Shown: positions 13,320 to 26,049 of the stretch, piece by piece
Numbering within the stretch: the stretch's first letter is position 1
Layout: each line of letters begins with the position of its first letter
Source of the DNA: Octopus vulgaris
Taxonomy: Eukaryota
Length of the DNA stretch: 64,000 nucleotides
Reading direction: 5' to 3'
NCBI GenBank assembly: GCA_951406725.2
Contig: OX597825.1
Span: 32,984,001-33,048,000, forward strand
Notes under the pieces: generated by a model
What the model saw: the letters and a program-made list of their open reading frames with translations, nothing else
What the model was told of the DNA's origin: nothing
The model's database searches: none
Made by a program: the position numbers and the translations under genes

Positions 13320-14195
13320 ACATATCTACATGTTGATTTTATATAAGTTTTATATATAATTACAAACATATAGGTTACATGTATAATTAAAACATATGCA
13401 TTCACATACGCTACTACATGCTGGTCTTGTATAGGTTATGTATATATATATAATTAAAATTATATTGATGCATTCACATACATAACTATACGCTGGTCCA
13501 AAATCGATTAAATGTATAATTTAAATCATACAGACACCATATATATCTTCAAAAACATAACTCTAATGCTGATCCAATATAGGTAATAATTTTTTCTGGT
13601 TTTGGCACAAGGCCAGCAATTTTCAGGGCTGACAGAAATATTTTACATCGATCCAAAGACTCAATTGGCATTTTTTTATCGACTCCGAAAGGTTGAGAGG
13701 TGGTTGACCTCAACATTTGTTTTTTCGTGATTGTTGGCGAAAAGGCTTCCACATTACGTTGCAAGTCATCTTTCAATTCCGGTTGTGATTCTTGCACTTC
13801 TCGTCCAAGTTTCAGATTTTTCTTTGTCTATTTCACATTTCTTTCATTTTTTTACGAGAATTGATGATAACATTCTGCAGTCCCGATTTCAACATAAATT
13901 TTAGCCTTTTCTTCACAATTTCTTTTGTTTATTTTGTCTCATAATTATTCGTTGTCTCAGCCTCTGTTTCATATTGGTTAGTTGTTTCATTCCGAAAGGA
14001 TGAAAGGCAAAGTCAATCTCGGTGGCATTTGAACCCAGAACGCAAAGAGCCAGAAGAAACTCTGCTAAGCATGTTATTCCTTGTGGTAACAATTCTGTCG
14101 ATATGATTTACATGCATAATTAAAGCCATATAAACACATTCCTACACGTAACCACATGCTGGTCCAATATAGGTTACATATATAATTAAAACCAT
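13320..14195. repeat. Degenerate ~80-90-bp tandem repeat interrupted by a split minus-strand SINE-A (13590-14095)
   Basis: atgctggtccaatataggttacat..taattaaa variants at ~13370, 13420, 13490, 13565 and 14155. The SINE core is split by a ~280-bp insert. Confidence 0.65.
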
Positions 14196-14692
14196 TTACA
14201 AATAGTCACAATGATTTGTAGTGAAGTCATTCATTTTCCAGTTTCACTAAGCTAGACTGCTGACCAGAATCCAGTTTTGTTAGACACCACCAGTTGTCAG
14301 AAGTCTAGTTATAATCCTATTTCTTCCAGTATAAAATGGACGTTAATGATTAGAAATATGAAGATGCTTAGCGAAAGCTGTCGGACAAAGGTTAAGCTAC
14401 TTGCAAAGCCGAGTCAGTGAAAATTTCTTTGATTTCCCGCTGCTGCTTTTGCTGCTACTGCTAATGATGATGCTATTTCATTTTGTATATGTATCTAGGC
14501 TGCCAGGAGAGGTATGAAGAATTATTTCCGATATACTTTCTTCTTTTTTTCCAATAAAATACACACCTAATTAGACGAAGCAAAACTATCATAATTTAAT
14601 CTATCAAACATCGATGCTTCACGACTCAGATTCAAAATTCCGTTGAAAAGGGAAAGGAAGAATGTTTATCGTATTTCCTGTCCCACCAAATT

Positions 14693-14940
<248 letters not shown>

Positions 14941-15119
14941 GTTGTTGTTGCACCATGGAAGTTTCCAGCCAACCGAACATAAACGCAAAGATGGCGTGGA
15001 TTGTTTTGTTGACTATAAAAATGGCGCCTCGGTGATTCAATGTATCTCGTTAAAGCTAAAATTTCTGCGTTGAAATTGCCCTGCATCTATGGAAGCAACC
15101 AGCCGTCTTTTTGAGTGAT

Positions 15120-15530
15120 AGGCTGTGGTTAAGAAACTCGCTTTGTAACCATGTGGTTTCGGGTTCAGTGCCATTGTGTGGCCGTTAGTCCTTGGGCAAG
15201 TGTCTTCTGCTATAGCTCTAAGCCAACCAGTACTTTGCGAGTGAATACGGTGGACGGAAACTGAGTGGGAGCCCGCTGTATATTTATATGCGTATGTGTG
15301 TATGTGTTTGTGACTGTTTCTGCTCCTCTCCCGCAGTGATTGACAACCAGTGTTGGTTTGTTTATGTCCCCGTGTCTTTGCGGTCAGGCAATAGTGTTGA
15401 ATAGAATAAATACCAGACTTATAAAAAATATAGTAAATACTGGAATTTAATTTGTTCGACTAAAATACTTCAAAGCGGTGCTCCAGCATGGCCGCAGTCC
15501 AATGACTCAAGCAAGTGAAAGATAAAAGCG
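15120..15530 (+). mobile_element. SINE-B, diverged full length
   Basis: Colinear with 12420-12805. Confidence 0.88.
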
Positions 15531-15761
15531 TGTTTCTACTCCAAGTTGTAGACTGCACTTTTGCATCATTTCCTTTTCACCATTATTTATAATTTTATTT
15601 ATAAGTTTCACCTTAAAAGGTATTTTTAATATGCTAGCCACTGATAAAAAATTTTTGATAAAATTTGATCCTTATATTACGTGTAAATATATACATATAC
15701 GTATATACATGTATGTGTATATATACACACACGTACACACACATACAAACACACACATACA

Positions 15762-15941
15762 TACGTGGTCTGATCAATATGCAAAGCACTGCTGTAAACA
15801 AAGGAAATGAGTTAGAACGTTAAAACTTAGTGCACATGCACAGCAGAGGTCAAGGTCAATTTGTGTCTAGCGGTTTCACTCTGTATGCTTTAGATTCGTT
15901 ACTATGTCAACAGTTCGCATACTAATTGATCAGACCTTGTA
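15762..15941. mobile_element. Mariner-type MITE
   Basis: Terminal inverted repeats TAcgtggtctgatcaat and attgatcagaccttgTA, with TA at both ends. Confidence 0.8.
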
Positions 15942-15953
15942 TACACACACACG

Positions 15954-16056
<103 letters not shown>

Positions 16057-16290
16057 AAAAAAGTCAAGATAGAAAATGCTAAAATAATTTTATAAAAAAC
16101 ATTTCACTACCGGTTTCAGACCTTGAGACTTTTTCAACTGTAACAATTAAATAATTAAATTTAGAAAAATTAAAAGAAAAGTTTTTTTTAAAAAAAGAAT
16201 ATTTGTATAGTGTTCAAATACAAGTGGCATTTTCCTTGTTTCTGCCTGTCTCTGTCTCTCTTGTGTACTCTTGTGGGTTCGAGGTCCTTG

Positions 16291-16337
<47 letters not shown>

Positions 16338-16363
16338 TGTATACATATGCAATAATTATAACG

Positions 16364-16686
16364 ATAGAGAATGTGGAGACTGGTACATCCTCAAAATTTC
16401 TTTTTTATTACTTTACAATGTCATAGAGCATCTTTCTTTGGTTATGACGACCTACGGGTGTTTCCACTGCACAGAGTATGACCAGTTGCATACCCTTAGA
16501 GCCAAGCTAGATAAAAGACACTGAACGAAGCTTAATAGTAAATTATGACCGGTTGCATATGCAACTCCACATAGTTTGTGCAATGAAAACACGTGTTGGT
16601 CGTAGTAGCCATAAGAATATGTTGTATATCATTGTAAAATAAAAGGAAATAAATTTTGAGGATGTATCAGTCTCCATTTTCTCTAT
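16364..16686. repeat. Imperfect ~117-bp inverted repeat (fold-back element)
   Basis: 16364-16480 is the approximate reverse complement of 16569-16686 (ggagactggtacatcctcaaaattt versus aaattttgaggatgtatcagtctcc). Confidence 0.85.
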
Positions 16687-16801
16687 TGCAAAGATAATCT
16701 GGAACTCGACTGAGGAAAGAAAACTCCGAATGACCCATCTTTGTTTTCTTTGTATAAGCTGGATGTGTTACGTTCTTGTCCCATTTTATATATATATATA
16801 T

Positions 16802-16878
<77 letters not shown>

Positions 16879-16889
16879 CTAACCCTAAC

Positions 16890-17045
16890 TTCTTTCAGTT
16901 TCCGTCTACCAAATCCACTCACAAAGCTTTGTTCGACCCGTGGCCATAGTAGGAGGCATTTGTAGAAGGTGCTACAGAAAGTGACTGAAGCCAGAAGTAT
17001 GTGATTGCGAAGCAAACTTCTTGCCCTACATCCACACCTGCGCCT
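16890..17045 (-). mobile_element. SINE-B 5' half
   Basis: ttctttcagtttccgtctaccaaatccactcacaaagcttt...cacacctgcgcc. Confidence 0.88.
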
Positions 17046-17601
17046 TTGTTTAAGGAAACGCTCATAGACTTCATAGAATTCCTGAAATTTGCTTTATTCT
17101 AAGACAAAAACTAAGAATATTGTATTTTCCTGACATTAGAAAAGGTTACTGGTTACAAAAATAATTTGTTCCGAGGGATTATGTTAATTTATGTAAATTA
17201 GTAGAAGTTTTAAGGAGAAAAACGCGTTTTCTCACAAAATAAAATATAATATGTGAGAGGAAAATTTTATTTTAAGTTCGATATTTATTTGCCTTATTTT
17301 TATTTTGATTTGGGTGTTGTGAGGTGAGGTGGAGCATATTTATTGAGTTCAGCTCCTTAAATCTGCACAGAACGATCTTCGGAATTGTTTAGATGTCAAA
17401 ATCCTGGGTGAATTAATGTTTCCTAACCAACCGGTATATTTGAAAACATTTTTATCCGAAATACAATGAATTCCTATGATTAGATTATTTGGAGTATTAA
17501 TTAATGGGGGAAGGCAGAGAATGGTGAATGATCAATATGTTCGCTTTGAAACGACGAGGTTTCAATTTCAATACCACTCCCTGGTATCTACGGCAAATAT
17601 C

Positions 17602-18053
17602 ATTTTCTACTCTAGGCACAAGGCCCGAAATTTTGGGGGAGGGGCCAGTCGATTAGATCGACCCCAGTACTAACTGGTACTTAATTTATCGACCCCGAAA
17701 GGATGAAAGGCAAAGTCGACCTCGGCGGAATTTGAACTCAGACGAAATACCTATTTCTTTACTACCCACAAGGGGCTAAACATAGAGGGGACAAACAAGG
17801 ACAGACAAACGGATTAAGTCGATTAGATCGACCACAGTGCGTAACTGGTACTTAATTTATCGACCCCGAAAGGATGAAAGGCAAAGTCGACCTCGGCGGA
17901 ATTTGAACTCACAACATTTCACCCGGCGTGCTAAGATTCTGCCAGCACGCCGCCTTAAGTCAACCTCGGCGGAGTTTGAACTCACAACGTAAAGACAGAC
18001 GAAATACAGCTAGGTATTTCGCCCGGCGTGCTAACGTTTCTGCCAGCTCGCCG
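17602..18053 (-). mobile_element. Composite SINE-A (long-tail unit joined into a short-tail copy)
   Basis: Two cores. The junction reads gtaaagaaatag|gtatttcgtctg on the minus strand. Confidence 0.92.
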
Positions 18054-18059
18054 TCTTGG

Positions 18060-18300
18060 TATCTACGGCAGATATCATTGTTCTGTAACCTCGGATTAAC
18101 CTATATTTTATGAGTGAAATCGAATAAATGGAAACAACAGATGTCCGTTGGGTGGATCGTGTCGAAGAATTACGTTAAAGATGCATGCGTTTATGGAGCG
18201 CTCAGTGATTTACACGTAAATTCAACAGCAGGAAAACCAGTTGATCGAACAACTGATTCCTCCTTACCAGACGACGGGGGTCCATTGCCATCACTACCAA
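18060..18300 (+). mobile_element. SINE-C 3' part
   Basis: atggagcgctcag..ttacacgtaaattcaacagcagg..ttgatcgaacaactg matches 61020-61120. Confidence 0.7.
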
Positions 18301-18777
18301 TACGCCGAGTTATGTAGCACCGATTTCGTGACATGCAGAAAACTTCATCAAATTTAATGTGAGTAATATTTCTAGAAAGTACCATTTCTCTACAATTCGG
18401 CCACATCATCTCTAATACAAAATACCAGTAATATACTACAGTTCTGTGATCCGCCTTCCAGCTACAGCTTATTAAACGGGATTGTTTCCCATTCGAAACA
18501 AAACAAAAAATCGATATTTTTTTTTCTTTTAAGAAACTAAAACTAGAATAACAGTAGGTGTTTTCTTTGGAATTTACTAAAATATGGTATTTTTCAATAG
18601 AAAAATCAATAACTGAATCAATTTTGCTTTGTATCAAGAACTGCACTGGGTTCTCCTTTGAATAACACGGTTTCCTGGTTGAATGGTACTTTGCCAGATG
18701 TATTAATTGTTGCATCAATGCAAGAAGAATCTTAACAATCATATGATGATTCCATTGTGTCACATTATGTAAAACCG

Positions 18778-18829
<52 letters not shown>

Positions 18830-19104
18830 TAGATAGATAAATATATAGATAGATAGATATAGATATATATAGATATATAGATATATATGTGCGTGTGTGT
18901 GCGTATGTGTGTGCGCGTGTGTATGTATATGTATATATATATATATATATATATGCGTATGTGTGTGTGTATGTGTATGTGTCCATGTATGTATGTGTGT
19001 ATGTATGTATATGCAATTATGGTTAGTGGTAGCCATACAGCTAGGGATATATTATAATTCTTTCTTGAGGCTGTACATAACATTATTACGGTGTGTGTGT
19101 GTGT

Positions 19105-19153
<49 letters not shown>

Positions 19154-19465
19154 TGTGTGTGTCTGTGTGTGTGTGTGTGTGCGTGCGTGCGTGTGCTCGA
19201 ATATTGGTATGTATGAATAGATACATAAGGATAGGGATTAATTTCTCACCGTGTTTGGCTAAATGTATAGAAAGCTGGTTGGCTGGATGGATGGATGGAT
19301 GGACGGCTGACTGGCTGGATGGATGGGTGGGTAGTTGCCTGGATAGATGGATGGATGGATGGATGGATGGATGGGTGCGTGGATTGATGGGAGAATGCGC
19401 ACAGATAGGAATATGTTTACGTCTTTATACAACTGAGTAGTGCACATAGAAATTATCATTATATA

Positions 19466-19502
19466 GGCGCAGGAGTGGCTGTGTGGTAAGTAGCTTGCTT
19501 AC
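19466..19502 (+). mobile_element. SINE-B head (target of the adjacent insertion)
   Basis: ggcgcaggagtggctgtgtggtaagtagcttgcttac; the SINE resumes at 21090-21110. Confidence 0.85.
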
Positions 19503-21089
19503 TGCTACCAAGTTGTCGCGTTGTTTTTCGTCGCGATGGAAGTCACGTCGTACGTGAAAAATTGAACATTTGAAGTACGACCACAAGTAAAGCATTTGTT
19601 TTTGGGGTGGGAAGCTTAGTGAGGTCTGCTGTTTGTCTGTAAGTATTTTTTTCGAACAGGGGTCTCCACTGGATTCCAGGCATTTGTTTGCCAGTGGTCG
19701 TGCAAGAAAACTCACTGCGTAGTGAGAATTGTGTTTATTTTGGGAGGCGTGTTCTCCGAAATGTTTTTTGAATTTTCTATGACTGTGTTTGTGCCCTTTC
19801 AAGTGGAGTTTTACCATAAAGGATAGGAGTGCAGCCAGAGTTGGACGGAATACTATTTGTGCTGCGAAGGACTACCAGTTTGGATTACCAGAGTAGCAGA
19901 ATTGTGGATTATCGTCCTTCGCTCTTTCTTCTCCTGTCTGTCTTTCTGATCTTTTTTGAGTTTCTTTATAGACTTTCATTTGAATATTTTGATTTTTGTT
20001 TGTGGATTTTTTTTTGTTTTAGCTATCGACATGGCAACTGTGAAATCCGTTTTGGAGTGGCAAATTGTAACCCCCCAAAGAACGGTTGAAAAATTATACG
20101 GAGAGAACGGTGGGATTAAGAACCTATTCCAGGATCCTTGACACCATCAAGGTCTTCTCTGAGGAAGAAATTAAGGAGAAGTTGGCAGACTATCTGCCAA
20201 CTGTTCGGTTTATCGGCAGGGTTGCGAAGTATGGAACTGTGTGTGTACTTTTTGACATCCCTGCAGAAACTCGTGATTTTGCGAGCATGCCTTTGGAGGG
20301 GAGAAAATTTTGTTTCTCCCTACTTATGGCAGTAAAAAGTTGACAAGAGCCTGGATGTGTGGGTTGCCACCCGGTATAGAGTCCTAGTGGATAGAAGACA
20401 CTATCCGTCACGGCGACGGCATGTCCGGAAACCCCTTCGGTGGGATGTGTGCCACCGGGGGAGGGGAGAAAATAACCTCGTCAGTGGAATGTGTGCCACC
20501 GAGCGAGGGAGTTGAGGCCCCTCCCAGTGAAAGTGGTGAAGAATATATGCTCTTCTATTGACAGTTTCGTGGAGAATAATATGGATAGTCAGGTCCCCCA
20601 GGACCCGACTTGCATTGACAGCCCAGAGTGGCCACCTCAGGTGGCTGCTCTGGTGCTGGAAAGAAAGTATTGTGATCTCATAATTGACTCGTGTAAAAAC
20701 GAGAATTATAGAATTATTTTTTGGAGCCCCGGATTACGGTTGCAGGAATGCCTCCAAATTGCAAGAAAATTACTCAGAGAAGGACTGTAGTGGTTTATCG
20801 CCTCCAATTTGTGTATAAATTGTGTTTTATAATTGTATGGACTTTTTAGTCCAAATATATGGTATTTTAAATTGTAAAAGAGTTGATACCTCTGTATTTG
20901 CGTTTTTAAAGAACAATATTTTAGAGAATCAGAGGGTCGGCGGGCGGTTTCTGTCTTCTCCCATATTTATAATTTTTGTATCATAATCATTCGCCTCATC
21001 AATGTCTATGTCCAGCCCGCAAAGCTACCTTATCTATGTGCTGCCTACATGGCAAATTTAATGAATAAAAGTAGCCTACCAACTACATT
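19503..21089 (+). mobile_element. Internally deleted L1/Tx1-like non-LTR element
   Basis: 13-bp TSD gtagcttgcttac (19490-19502 and 21090-21102). Frameshifted ORF1-like coding from ATG 20031 (..VRFIGRVAKYGTVCVLF..; PTYGSKKLTRAWMCGLPPGIE). AATAAA at the 3' end. The clade assignment is inferred. Confidence 0.65.
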
Positions 21090-21139
21090 GTAGCTTGCTT
21101 ACCAATTACAAGTTTGTTAATTGCCGCATTTTACCGTTT

Positions 21140-21541
21140 ATCTTTTACTTGTTCCAGTCATTAAACTGCGGCCATGCTTGGGCACCGCCTTCAAGAGATT
21201 AGTCGAACAAATCGACTCTAGTAATTACTTAACTTTTTGTTAAACTGATACTTATTCTATCAGTCCCTTTGCCGAAGCGTTATGTTACTGTTACGCAGTA
21301 GTAAAGAAACCAATACTCGTTAACAACTAGTAAAACAAAACACAAACACATAACCACACATAGGCATAAGTAGCTAATAAATACCTACATATATATATAT
21401 ATACACACATATATATATATATATTACCGTAATTACCATGACCGACCAGGCTATCAGACGTTGCTACACATCGCTGGTCACAATGCGCTTCGCATTGTTT
21501 TAGCCTTCAAATGACGCCAACCCGCTGGCTAAGCGAGCAGG

Positions 21542-21602
<61 letters not shown>

Positions 21603-21698
21603 CAAATATGCAGAAAACAAAAGACGAAGGTATATATATATACACACACATTCACACATATATAGGTGTGTGTGTGTCTGTACGTATGTATATACACA

Positions 21699-21756
<58 letters not shown>

Positions 21757-21955
21757 AGTTTTGTGTGTATAGGCATGTATATATATGTATATATATGTGT
21801 GTGTGTGTATGACATTTAACATATCCACTCTCACAAGGCGTTGGTCGGCATAGGGCTACAATAAAAGACACTTGCCCGAGGTACCACGTTGAGGGACTGA
21901 ACTCAAAACTACGTGGTTGAGTAATGAGCTTCTTGCCACTTGCCACGCTTGCACC
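21140..21955 (-). mobile_element. SINE-B with expanded internal microsatellite and nested fragments
   Basis: 3' part 21140-21330 and 5' part 21820-21955, separated by (TA)/(TG) tracts and a GC-rich fragment at 21424-21545. Confidence 0.75.
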
Positions 21956-23789
21956 TATGCAATGTTTTTTTTTCCATTTTTCGCGCTGAAAATGGGTGAA
22001 GAATCGGTAGAATCGTTAAATCGTAGCACATGATACCTTGCGATATTAACCCCCGTTCTTTTCCTTTTGATTTCAAATCCACCAGGGCTTATTTAGTTTC
22101 TTTCCTTTATTTCTGTCTTGGTCGTATTTTTAACTATCTTTATAATTAATCATCCACTGTTTTTCATCAGATATTTTCCTAGTCCCACTTTAGTTATTCA
22201 TAAGACTTTTTTCTGGCTGAACAAAACCCCTGTATGTTTGCATTTATAGTAAATATAACGTTTATCCGATTTTAGTTGGCAATTTCTAAATGCAGTCATC
22301 ATTTTCCAAATTTTACATTCCTCTTGCTTATTCTATTTGCATCTATTTGATAACAACTGCAAATTATTTCTAGATTAGGTCGAGTATTGATGCCTTTAAC
22401 CAATTTTTCTTTTCATTTAGTTCTGTTTAAGTATTAATTTAACGTGTCAATAATATTCCTTGGTAACCTTTTCTTTCATGTGCTTGTATTGTTCTCTATC
22501 AAGTTCATTAATTCTTAAATATTTGTCAGTCTGTATCAGATCTAATTCTCTTATCTGTTTCTATTGGAATTCTTCTCTTTATGTGCTTTTCTTTATATAA
22601 CATGTCATTAAGGCTCTTCATTAATTTTCTACTCTTTGATGTTACTTTCGCATATATTCTTAACCGGAACCGCATATCAATTCTTCTAATAAATCCATGC
22701 ACTATCTGTATTTGAGTTTCTAGTCGTTCTTGTTTTGTTTTTATTCTGGTTCGGCTAGTATTCTCTATGCATTTTAGCGTTTAGCTTTGTTGCCTTTCGC
22801 TATTCACATTCTTTTGCACATGTCAGGTCTATCTTAATGATTTACGTTTTCAATATTCACTTTGCTTTTTATTCGTTATTTGAATTGCTTTTATGCATTC
22901 TTTCATTGTCTGATATCTTTCTCTAGATAATTTTCTTTTTATATTAGCAAATCTGTTGGAATTCAAAATTACTTTGAGATCAGTGTTCTTTGCTATCTGA
23001 ATTTTATGCGAAAATTTTGTAGCTTCATTTTTGGAGTACAATGTAGCTGTAAAAAGCTCATGTAAAATAGAAGCATCTTCCATTCTTGTCTATATGTGTC
23101 TTTTTTCTTTCCTTTGCGAAACTTAAGAAGTAAAGCCAGCAATTTATTTTCAAATTATCGTTATTTTCATCACATACCTGTTTATTGGTCTATGGTGATG
23201 TCGATTTATGTATGCGGTAATTTCCATACATGTTATGCATCAAATTCAATTCGAATCACGCAGCCCACTTTTAACCGAGGGGTGAATGATGTGGATTGCT
23301 TATTTTCTTTTTTTTGCATGTCATTTTTTGTGAGGGGAATAAATCAGTTTGATATTAATATGAAATGTTATCCATATGATATGGATATGAGATCTGACTT
23401 TAATATGAGATGTCTTCCATTAGCTTCTTAACACCTGGGCCGATCACCGACCCTGTATGAACACTTTTTTTAATACATTATGTATATGAAATAAATTTCT
23501 TAGCATTAAGTCACAGTATTACTTGGATATGCGTCAACATTTTCTCATTTAGCGAGGAAGGGAGTTGTGCTTGATTCATGGATAACTGATATGTGTTAAA
23601 GGACAATTTTCAGGGCAGCCAAATAGCGTGATTTTGTATGCAATATCCTCCAGTATTCTTAAACATCACCTAGTTATTGTTAAATGTCTCTAGCTCCCAT
23701 TTTTTCTTGAAACATCTTTTGGTATTCTTTCATTATTATACTTTATATTATTGTTGTTATTATTATTATTATTGTTATTTTCATATACA

Positions 23790-24820
23790 CACAACATTTT
23801 AGACTGTTGGGGAGAAAATTCTAACATCGGGCTACAAGTAACTTTAGATGCCAAGAACCCTCCTAAGTATCTTAGCTGTCCCTAATAACACTATTTTCTG
23901 CAGCTGTACTAAACTGGATTTTATGCCTATTTCCTCTATCCATCTGTTCAGATCTTTAGGGGTAGTTCCCAATGCACCTATAACTACTGGGATACATTTT
24001 ACCTGCACTTTCCATAGTCTCTGTAATTCAAAAGCTAAGTCCCAGTACTTTGTTATTTTTTCATCATTTGGGACTGTAAAGTCAATTATCTGGTTCTTTC
24101 TATTCTCTTTATCTCCTACTACAAAATAAGACCTTCTAGCTTCTATTACTCTGTCAGTCTGAATGCTAAAGTCCCACATCTTGTATCTCTTACTTTCTAG
24201 TATTTTACTAGGTTCATGTTTATACCATTTATCAGTATGTTCAAGTCCTAGCTTTCTACATAGCTCCCAGTGGATTGCTTTCCCTAGATTTCATGTCTTT
24301 TCTTGTATTCTTTCTGTGCCAGCATGCTACATTTACTTACTATATTAGTAACGCTTTCCTCTTTTGATTTGTATAATCTACTTTGGGAGTCTACTTGGTT
24401 TTTGTCTATCTTGGCTTTTATCCAATTAGTCCTTAAAGCTTGATCTTGTACAGCTACTAACAAACTTTATGTCTCCCTCTTCAGCTTTCCTTTCTGCAAC
24501 CATAACCATGTCCCACTTTTACTGTTTGCTGCAACTATCTTTGGGAATCTCCCAAGCAACGCTTTCTCCTGTCAGTCAGATAATTTCTGTTCTTTCTTCT
24601 GGTTTTTAACTTCGTTTGGGTTTTTGGTTTCCCTGTGTCTTGCTGTGACTCTAGCAATTTTAATAAACTTTCTTCACAATTACCTACATAGGAGTCTATA
24701 TCTACTCTAGCTAAATCCACGCAGTCTTCCACTGATATTAGCCCTCTTCCGCCTCCCTTGGGTGGAGACCTCCATTCATATTGAATTACTTCCTGGTTCT
24801 TCTGTCTAGCTTTGCTAATT
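23790..24820 (-). mobile_element. R4/Dong-like non-LTR retrotransposon 3' fragment (restriction-like endonuclease)
   Basis: GGRGLISVEDCV and WDFSIQTDRVIEARR..IIDFTVP..KYWDLAFELQRLW..IPVVIGALG. (TAT)n lies on both sides. Confidence 0.9.
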
Positions 24821-24852
24821 CATTATTATTATTATCATCATCATCATCATCA

Positions 24853-24896
<44 letters not shown>

Positions 24897-24909
24897 GACA
24901 AGCTAACAA

Positions 24910-25105
24910 AGAGCTGGCAGAATCGTTAGCACGCTGGACAAAATGCTTAGCGGCATTTCATCCATCTTAACGTTCTGAGTTCAAATTCCACCAGGGACGA
25001 CTTTGTTTGATGTAATCGACTGGTCGAGCACTGGGGTTGATGTAATCGATTGGTCGCCTCCCCCGAAATTTCAGGCCTTATGCCTATAGTAGAAAGGATT
25101 ATTAT
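24910..25105 (+). mobile_element. SINE-A short-tail copy in (TTA)n
   Basis: Head and B-box, tail ggccttatgcctatagtagaaaggattatt. Confidence 0.88.
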
Positions 25106-25137
25106 TATAATCATTAATTTCCGACTGATTTGCACTT

Positions 25138-25740
25138 TTATTTCATCTTCCTACCGGTCTCAAACCCAAGAATGTGGGCCGTTGATGTAAACACAAATTT
25201 TTGAGTCTTATAGATTGTTGGTTTCCCAGGGGTCTGGTCAAACAATTTGTCGTTACCCTGTTTGATCATTCTCACGGTACCTACAACAACAAATATGGTT
25301 TTGGTTTTTAATTGCCACATCCTAGATATCTCAATCTCAAGGTTCTTATATTTCGACAATTTTTCAAATTCCTTTCCTGAGATGTTTCTATCAGTAGACG
25401 CTATCATATCAATGAACAGGCAAGTTTTTTTTGTCTTTCACCTTTGATAACGATGTCTGGTCTGTTTATTTGCCTGCCTGTATGTATCCATTAATCCAAT
25501 AGGTTGGCAACATTATCTCACTCAGTGACTGGCTCTGGATGTCGTTCATTCTAGTTCTTTGGGTACAAGACATTATAGTGACTGCATGTGCTCCAGTGCA
25601 AGTATTAGCCGACTTGATCATTCCTGGTTTTATATTCTGTAAGGGCAAGGACTGAGCAACCGACAACAATGTGGCCAATACTATCAAGTTTGTCATTGAA
25701 GAGTCTACACTTTGTGTCTTCCTCATAATGTGCGACATTA
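25138..25740 (-). mobile_element. Second R4-like endonuclease fragment
   Basis: KYKNLEIEISRMWQLKTKTIFVVVG, an upstream RPDI-like motif and a degenerate zinc-knuckle region. Confidence 0.8.
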
Positions 25741-25771
25741 GTGAAGAGACTCTGATTTTGTGATGATATGA

Positions 25772-25972
25772 GGATCGATATAAATGCCAGTTGAGCGTAG
25801 GGATCTATATAAGTGCCAGTTGAACATGGGGTCGATATAAGTTCCAGTCGAGCATGGGGATCGATATAAGTACCAATTGAGCACGAGGATCGATATAAGT
25901 GTCAGTTGAGCATGGGATCGATATAAATACCAGTTGTTCGTGGGATCGATATAAGTATCAGTTGAGCCCTGG
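25772..25972 (+). repeat. 7 x ~28-29-bp minisatellite derived from the SINE-A core
   Basis: Unit ggatcgatataagtaccagttgagcatg, followed by a SINE-A-like tail. Confidence 0.85.
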
Positions 25973-26049
25973 AATCTCCCAAAATTGCAGTCTCGTGCTT
26001 TTAGAAGAAATAATTACAACTTGAGAATTTTATTTTTATTGTATGCTAC

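Noticed and set aside
16877-16889. (CCCTAA)2 telomere-like repeat
   Set aside because: Only two units; insufficient evidence.
18191-18763. 190-aa minus-strand ORF
   Set aside because: No recognisable domain, it runs into a SINE-C copy, and there are no convincing splice signals.
25772-25972. CRISPR-like 28-29-bp repeats
   Set aside because: Units are contiguous with no spacers, there are no cas genes, and the sequence is of eukaryotic SINE origin.
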